From: a virus
Length of the DNA: 51,509 nt
Direction: 5' to 3' (one strand)
IMG/VR virus record: IMGVR_UViG_3300014025_000004
Made by a program: the position numbers and the translations under genes. Positions 48,360-51,509 of the stretch are shown piece after piece. The notes beneath the pieces were generated by a model. That model was not told where the DNA came from, made no database searches, and saw nothing but the letters and a program-made list of their open reading frames with translations. Position 1 is the stretch's first letter. Each line of letters begins with the position of its first letter.

Positions 48360-49841
48360 ATGGTGTTGTCTAAATACATTTGGGATTTATACAAGGAAAG
48401 TAAGCAAGGGAAAGAAACTATTGATTTTTTTGAATATCATAGTGTTTTCTGGAATGATGTAAAGGTTATCAATAAGTACAATCCTATCTATGGAAAATGG
48501 ATAGAAAAAAGGGATTATGAAAGCATAATGCAACAAATAGGCGACAGCTCTCTTGATAGAAATCCTTGTTTTGATTTTAAAGACTTTTCGGAAGTAAGAA
48601 AGGAGTTTGAAACTTGCTTAGATGAGGGAATTTATTTCATATTTGATAATGATGAAAAACGCTATGTTATAGACCCCAAAGACTATGCAATTTTTCTAAA
48701 TCTGCACATAGTAATGTCTTTCTATTTTTATGCAATAGCTTATGAATATACATTCCCGTACCTATTTACATACCGATTTTTTGACTTAAACAAAATTGCA
48801 GATACCTTTAACATAGAGCTTCCAAAGCTACCTAAGAAAAGTGACTATCGCTCCCGTTGTATGTATTACATTGAGCTTTGTGAGGTGTTTTACAAGTTTA
48901 GAATAGAAAACAATCTTACCCCTAATGAATTATGTGCTTTCTTGTACGATTTTGCCCCTAACTATGTAAATAACGAAAAAACGGAAATATCTAAACCAAC
49001 TCAAGCGTGGTTCATAGGAGGGTTAATCTCAGAGGAAGAACGATTGGAAGAAGTAAAATTTTGGCAAGCAAATCCTGAAACTAAAAAAGGAGATATTTTA
49101 GTACATTATGAAACTTCTCCTATTAGTGCAATTACTCATATATGGATAGCGCAAACAGACGGAGTTGTTGATCCTTTTTTCTATTATTATGCCAATTCTT
49201 ATATAGGTGATGGAATTGAGATACCATACATAACACTAAAAGAATTAGAATCTGATGAATATTTTTCAAAACACCCTCTAATACGTAAAAAATTTCAAGG
49301 AGTAAATGGTTGGGCTATATCTAATGACGATTATTCACATTTATTGCAGTTGATAAGAAGTAAAGGGTTTGATACATCTGTGTTACCAACATTACAGGCT
49401 CCTGAACCACCTCAGGGAATTGAATTGCATAATGAAAGAGATGTGGAAGTGAAATTATTAGAATATTATCTGAACCAGATAGGATATTCTGAAAACAAAG
49501 ATTTCATAAGACAATTACCAATAAAGGCAGGTAGAGGTAACAGAATATATCCTGATTATGCCTTACATTACGACAATAAAAGAGGATACGAGAAAGCAAA
49601 GATACTTATTGAGGCTAAATATCATCTGAAAAATAATAAGGAAATAGAAGATGCATTTAAACAAGCTCGTTCCTATGCTAACTTATTAGAAAGTGAAAAG
49701 ATTATCCTTTGTGATAAGTTTGGTCTAATTATTTATCTAAAGAAAGGTTCTTTTGATAGATATAATTATGAAAAAGTATATTGGAATGATTTGCAAAATC
49801 CTGATGTCTATAACAAGTTTGTTAATATATTAAAGAAGTGA
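48360..49841 (+). CDS. Large protein with a C-terminal PD-(D/E)xK HsdR_N-type nuclease-like domain and an unknown 360-aa N-terminal region
   Basis: 493 aa. RIYPDYALHYDNKRGYEKAKILIEAKYHLKNNKEIEDAFKQARSYA gives D..E-A-K..Q..Y. Confidence 0.6.
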   Translation: MVLSKYIWDLYKESKQGKETIDFFEYHSVFWNDVKVINKYNPIYGKWIEKRDYESIMQQIGDSSLDRNPCFDFKDFSEVRKEFETCLDEGIYFIFDNDEKRYVIDPKDYAIFLNLHIVMSFYFYAIAYEYTFPYLFTYRFFDLNKIADTFNIELPKLPKKSDYRSRCMYYIELCEVFYKFRIENNLTPNELCAFLYDFAPNYVNNEKTEISKPTQAWFIGGLISEEERLEEVKFWQANPETKKGDILVHYETSPISAITHIWIAQTDGVVDPFFYYYANSYIGDGIEIPYITLKELESDEYFSKHPLIRKKFQGVNGWAISNDDYSHLLQLIRSKGFDTSVLPTLQAPEPPQGIELHNERDVEVKLLEYYLNQIGYSENKDFIRQLPIKAGRGNRIYPDYALHYDNKRGYEKAKILIEAKYHLKNNKEIEDAFKQARSYANLLESEKIILCDKFGLIIYLKKGSFDRYNYEKVYWNDLQNPDVYNKFVNILKK

Positions 49842-49982
49842 TTTTAGTGGTAAAGGTGTATAACAGATCATAGAATATTTCCTAAAAAAGAATTTCAGTT
49901 ACAATCGAAATACGAATTCCAAAACGTCTTTGTTTTGATGATTTCAAGATAACAAACAAATTTTTAATTAAAACACAAAAGT

Positions 49983-50867
49983 ATGAAAGATAATTCGGAT
50001 ACAGAACAAAATTCTGTAAAAAATAGATTGCTTGATTTCTTAAAATATAAAGGAATAAGTCAAAGTAAATTTGAGCAACAATGTGGAATATCAAATGGCT
50101 ATGTAAATAATATTCGTAAGGGAATAAAAAGCGAAATGTTTGACAAAAAAATAGCTCCTATTTTCCCAGAACTTAGCAAAACTTGGCTGTTACTTGGAGA
50201 AGGCTCCATGCTTGTCCCACAGATAGAAGAGGTTGTACCAGAGGAGGAAGAGGAAGATGATTTAGTATTATTCCTAAGAGACGAGCGCAAAGGGTATGAT
50301 ATTACCCTGACTGATATTTATGAGAAAACACGTATACCTGTAAAAACGCTTAAAGAGGTACAACAAGGTGTAACAGAACTATCCACAAAGCAAAAGAATG
50401 TTTTATCTAAGTACATAGAGGAAGCAAGGGAATACTTTCAAGAAGAGGCAATAGGAAATCCTATTGGGAAGCCTACTGGTTACTACTACCCTGAAGTATA
50501 TGCAAAAGCTGGGTTTGACATTGCTAATTTTAACCATGAAATGCAGCGTATCCCTGTATATATACCTAATTTTGGAGACGATGTTACCTTTATAAATGTG
50601 TATGGGGATAGTATGTATCCAAAATACAAAGCAGGGGATGTTATAGGAATTAAGCCTGTTGATTTCGTATATTTAGTATTCGGACATCCTTACGTGGTAG
50701 TGTTTGATAATGGAGATGTTAATATAAAGTATGTTCGCAAAGGTTCAGATGACCTTCATGTGAGTTTAGAAAGTGAGAATCCAAAATACGACCCTCGTGA
50801 ATACCCACTTAGAATTATTCGTGCTTTTTATGCTGTAAAAGGAAGTGTAAAAAAAGAGCGAATGTAA
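49983..50867 (+). CDS. CI/LexA-type repressor (N-terminal XRE HTH plus C-terminal S24 peptidase)
   Basis: 294 aa. ISQSKFEQQCGISNGYVNNIRKG is an HTH. VYGDSMYPKYKAGDVIGIKPV..IKYVRKG fits a Ser/Lys dyad region. Confidence 0.85.
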   Translation: MKDNSDTEQNSVKNRLLDFLKYKGISQSKFEQQCGISNGYVNNIRKGIKSEMFDKKIAPIFPELSKTWLLLGEGSMLVPQIEEVVPEEEEEDDLVLFLRDERKGYDITLTDIYEKTRIPVKTLKEVQQGVTELSTKQKNVLSKYIEEAREYFQEEAIGNPIGKPTGYYYPEVYAKAGFDIANFNHEMQRIPVYIPNFGDDVTFINVYGDSMYPKYKAGDVIGIKPVDFVYLVFGHPYVVVFDNGDVNIKYVRKGSDDLHVSLESENPKYDPREYPLRIIRAFYAVKGSVKKERM

Positions 50868-50939
50868 TATAACAATTCGTAGCGACTGCAATCGTGGAGC
50901 GGATAGCGTATTAAAAAACTTAAGACAATAGAAAGGATG

Positions 50940-51164
50940 TTATGATTTCTCCTTGAGTTCATCAAGGATTTTCTTTATTTCCTCTCTAAGAGCCCAACAC
51001 CAACCTTCAGGAATATCGCCTTCAATAAAAGGATCTTTCCATTCTCTGTTTTTGAGTTGAATGGTAGCATGTGCCACAAATCGGTATATTTTTATACTTT
51101 CATCTCTGCAATCTATTAGCTCTTTGATTAAGTCATACACGCCTTTTTCATTATTACTTGCCAT
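50940..51164 (-). CDS. Hypothetical small protein (74 aa from the internal Met MASNNEKG)
   Basis: The promoter at 51189-51218 overlaps the longer ORF-track start, which favours the ATG at 51164. Confidence 0.45.
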   Translation of the reverse strand: MASNNEKGVYDLIKELIDCRDESIKIYRFVAHATIQLKNREWKDPFIEGDIPEGWCWALREEIKKILDELKEKS

Positions 51165-51188
51165 AGTAGTATGTATTAGTATTAGGCA

Positions 51189-51218
51189 CAAAGTTACAAA
51201 AAATAACCGAGCAAACAA
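51189..51218 (-). promoter_or_regulatory. Promoter TTG-N19-TAACTTTG
   Basis: The minus strand reads TTGtttgctcggttattttttgTAACTTTG. Confidence 0.45.
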
Positions 51219-51262
51219 GCTCGGATAAAACCATATGATTAAATTCTGAAATACGGAAAAAA

Positions 51263-51353
51263 GGCAAGGTAAGCCTATTTCAAAAATCCTTGTAAATCAC
51301 TATAAACCAACTACCTACATCGTTTATTGCCGTCAAGGTAAAAAGCAAGGAAG
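51263..51353 (+). promoter_or_regulatory. CAAGGTAA-type repeats, putative integrase arm-type sites on the attR-proximal arm
   Basis: ggcaaggtaa at 51263-51272, gtcaaggtaaaa at 51332-51343 and agcaaggaag at 51344-51353. Same orientation as the copies at 116-139. Confidence 0.35.
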
Positions 51354-51436
51354 ACCACTATTTCCCTATAGTTGTTCATTTAAAAGTATCTGATTTTAAA
51401 GAAGTTACAAAACGAAAAATTTTATCCTTTAGGATT

Positions 51437-51509
51437 TCGGCTCTGAGGGTTAGGGGTTCGAAGCCTCTCGCGGTCACTAAGTGTAACACTCTTCCACTCA
51501 ATGTGTTAC
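51437..51509 (+). repeat. attR copy of the 73-bp direct repeat (carries only the partial tRNA 3' end)
   Basis: Identical to 1-73. The sequence upstream of it contains no matching 5' acceptor strand (GACCGCG). Confidence 0.9.

Larger units (their letters stand above)
1..51509. mobile_element. Complete integrated temperate tailed-phage genome (prophage), attL to attR
   Basis: Identical 73-bp direct repeats at both window ends. Integrase lies just inside the left repeat and a CI/LexA-type repressor near the right end. Full packaging, head, tail, lysis and replication/recombination modules lie between. Confidence 0.9.

Noticed and set aside
49882-50094. 70-aa minus-strand ORF overlapping the start of the CI repressor gene
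   Set aside because: It is antisense to a confidently assigned gene and to the AT-rich intergenic region. The peptide is hydrophobic and low-complexity, and no promoter motif was found.

Overview
The window is one complete temperate tailed-phage (siphovirus-type) prophage of about 51.4 kb, running from attL to attR. It is bounded by identical 73-bp direct repeats (1-73 and 51437-51509) that carry the 3' end of a host tRNA gene. The host is almost certainly a Bacteroidota member: many promoters fit TTG-N19/20-TAnnTTTG, start codons lack Shine-Dalgarno sequences, and leaders are A/C-rich.

Layout:
- Plus-strand, lysogeny-oriented genes: integrase with a cargo cassette (153-3418), an opposite-strand moron inside the head module (15940-16877), an insulated RHH + P63C cassette (30864-31973), and a 493-aa nuclease-domain gene followed by an S24-peptidase CI repressor (48360-50867).
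- Minus-strand lytic genes, from high to low coordinates: early small genes; a RecT / metallo-beta-lactamase / SSB recombination module; SNF2 helicase; two DNA methyltransferases; MazG, DUF4406-like and ASCH nucleotide-related genes; VRR-NUC; KilA-N; a PAPS-reductase + ParB-like pair; TerS/TerL; Dit/Tal tail-tip genes, unusually placed before the portal; portal; MuF-like; scaffold, decoration and capsid; connectors; tail tube; G/GT chaperone with a visible -1 slippery site; holin, glucosaminidase and a candidate unimolecular spanin wedged before the tape measure; and finally a separately promoted antirepressor operon.

The most interesting non-obvious signals are RNA-level or regulatory:
- a three-segment competing-pairing leader in front of the antirepressor operon;
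- two tRNA-like minihelix elements in intergenic gaps of the replication module;
- two small RNAs bracketed by a promoter and a terminator, one antisense to an early-gene start;
- face-to-face immunity promoters;
- a duplicated bipartite late-type promoter;
- a G8 tract splitting a replication-organizer-like gene.

The best candidates for undescribed lysogen-expressed (defence or exclusion) functions are the 493-aa gene in the cI operon, the attL-proximal nuclease/lipoprotein cassette, the head-module moron and the RHH-P63C cassette.

All calls come from reading the sequence and ORF translations by eye. No homology search or folding program was run, and small-motif coordinates may be off by 1-2 nt.
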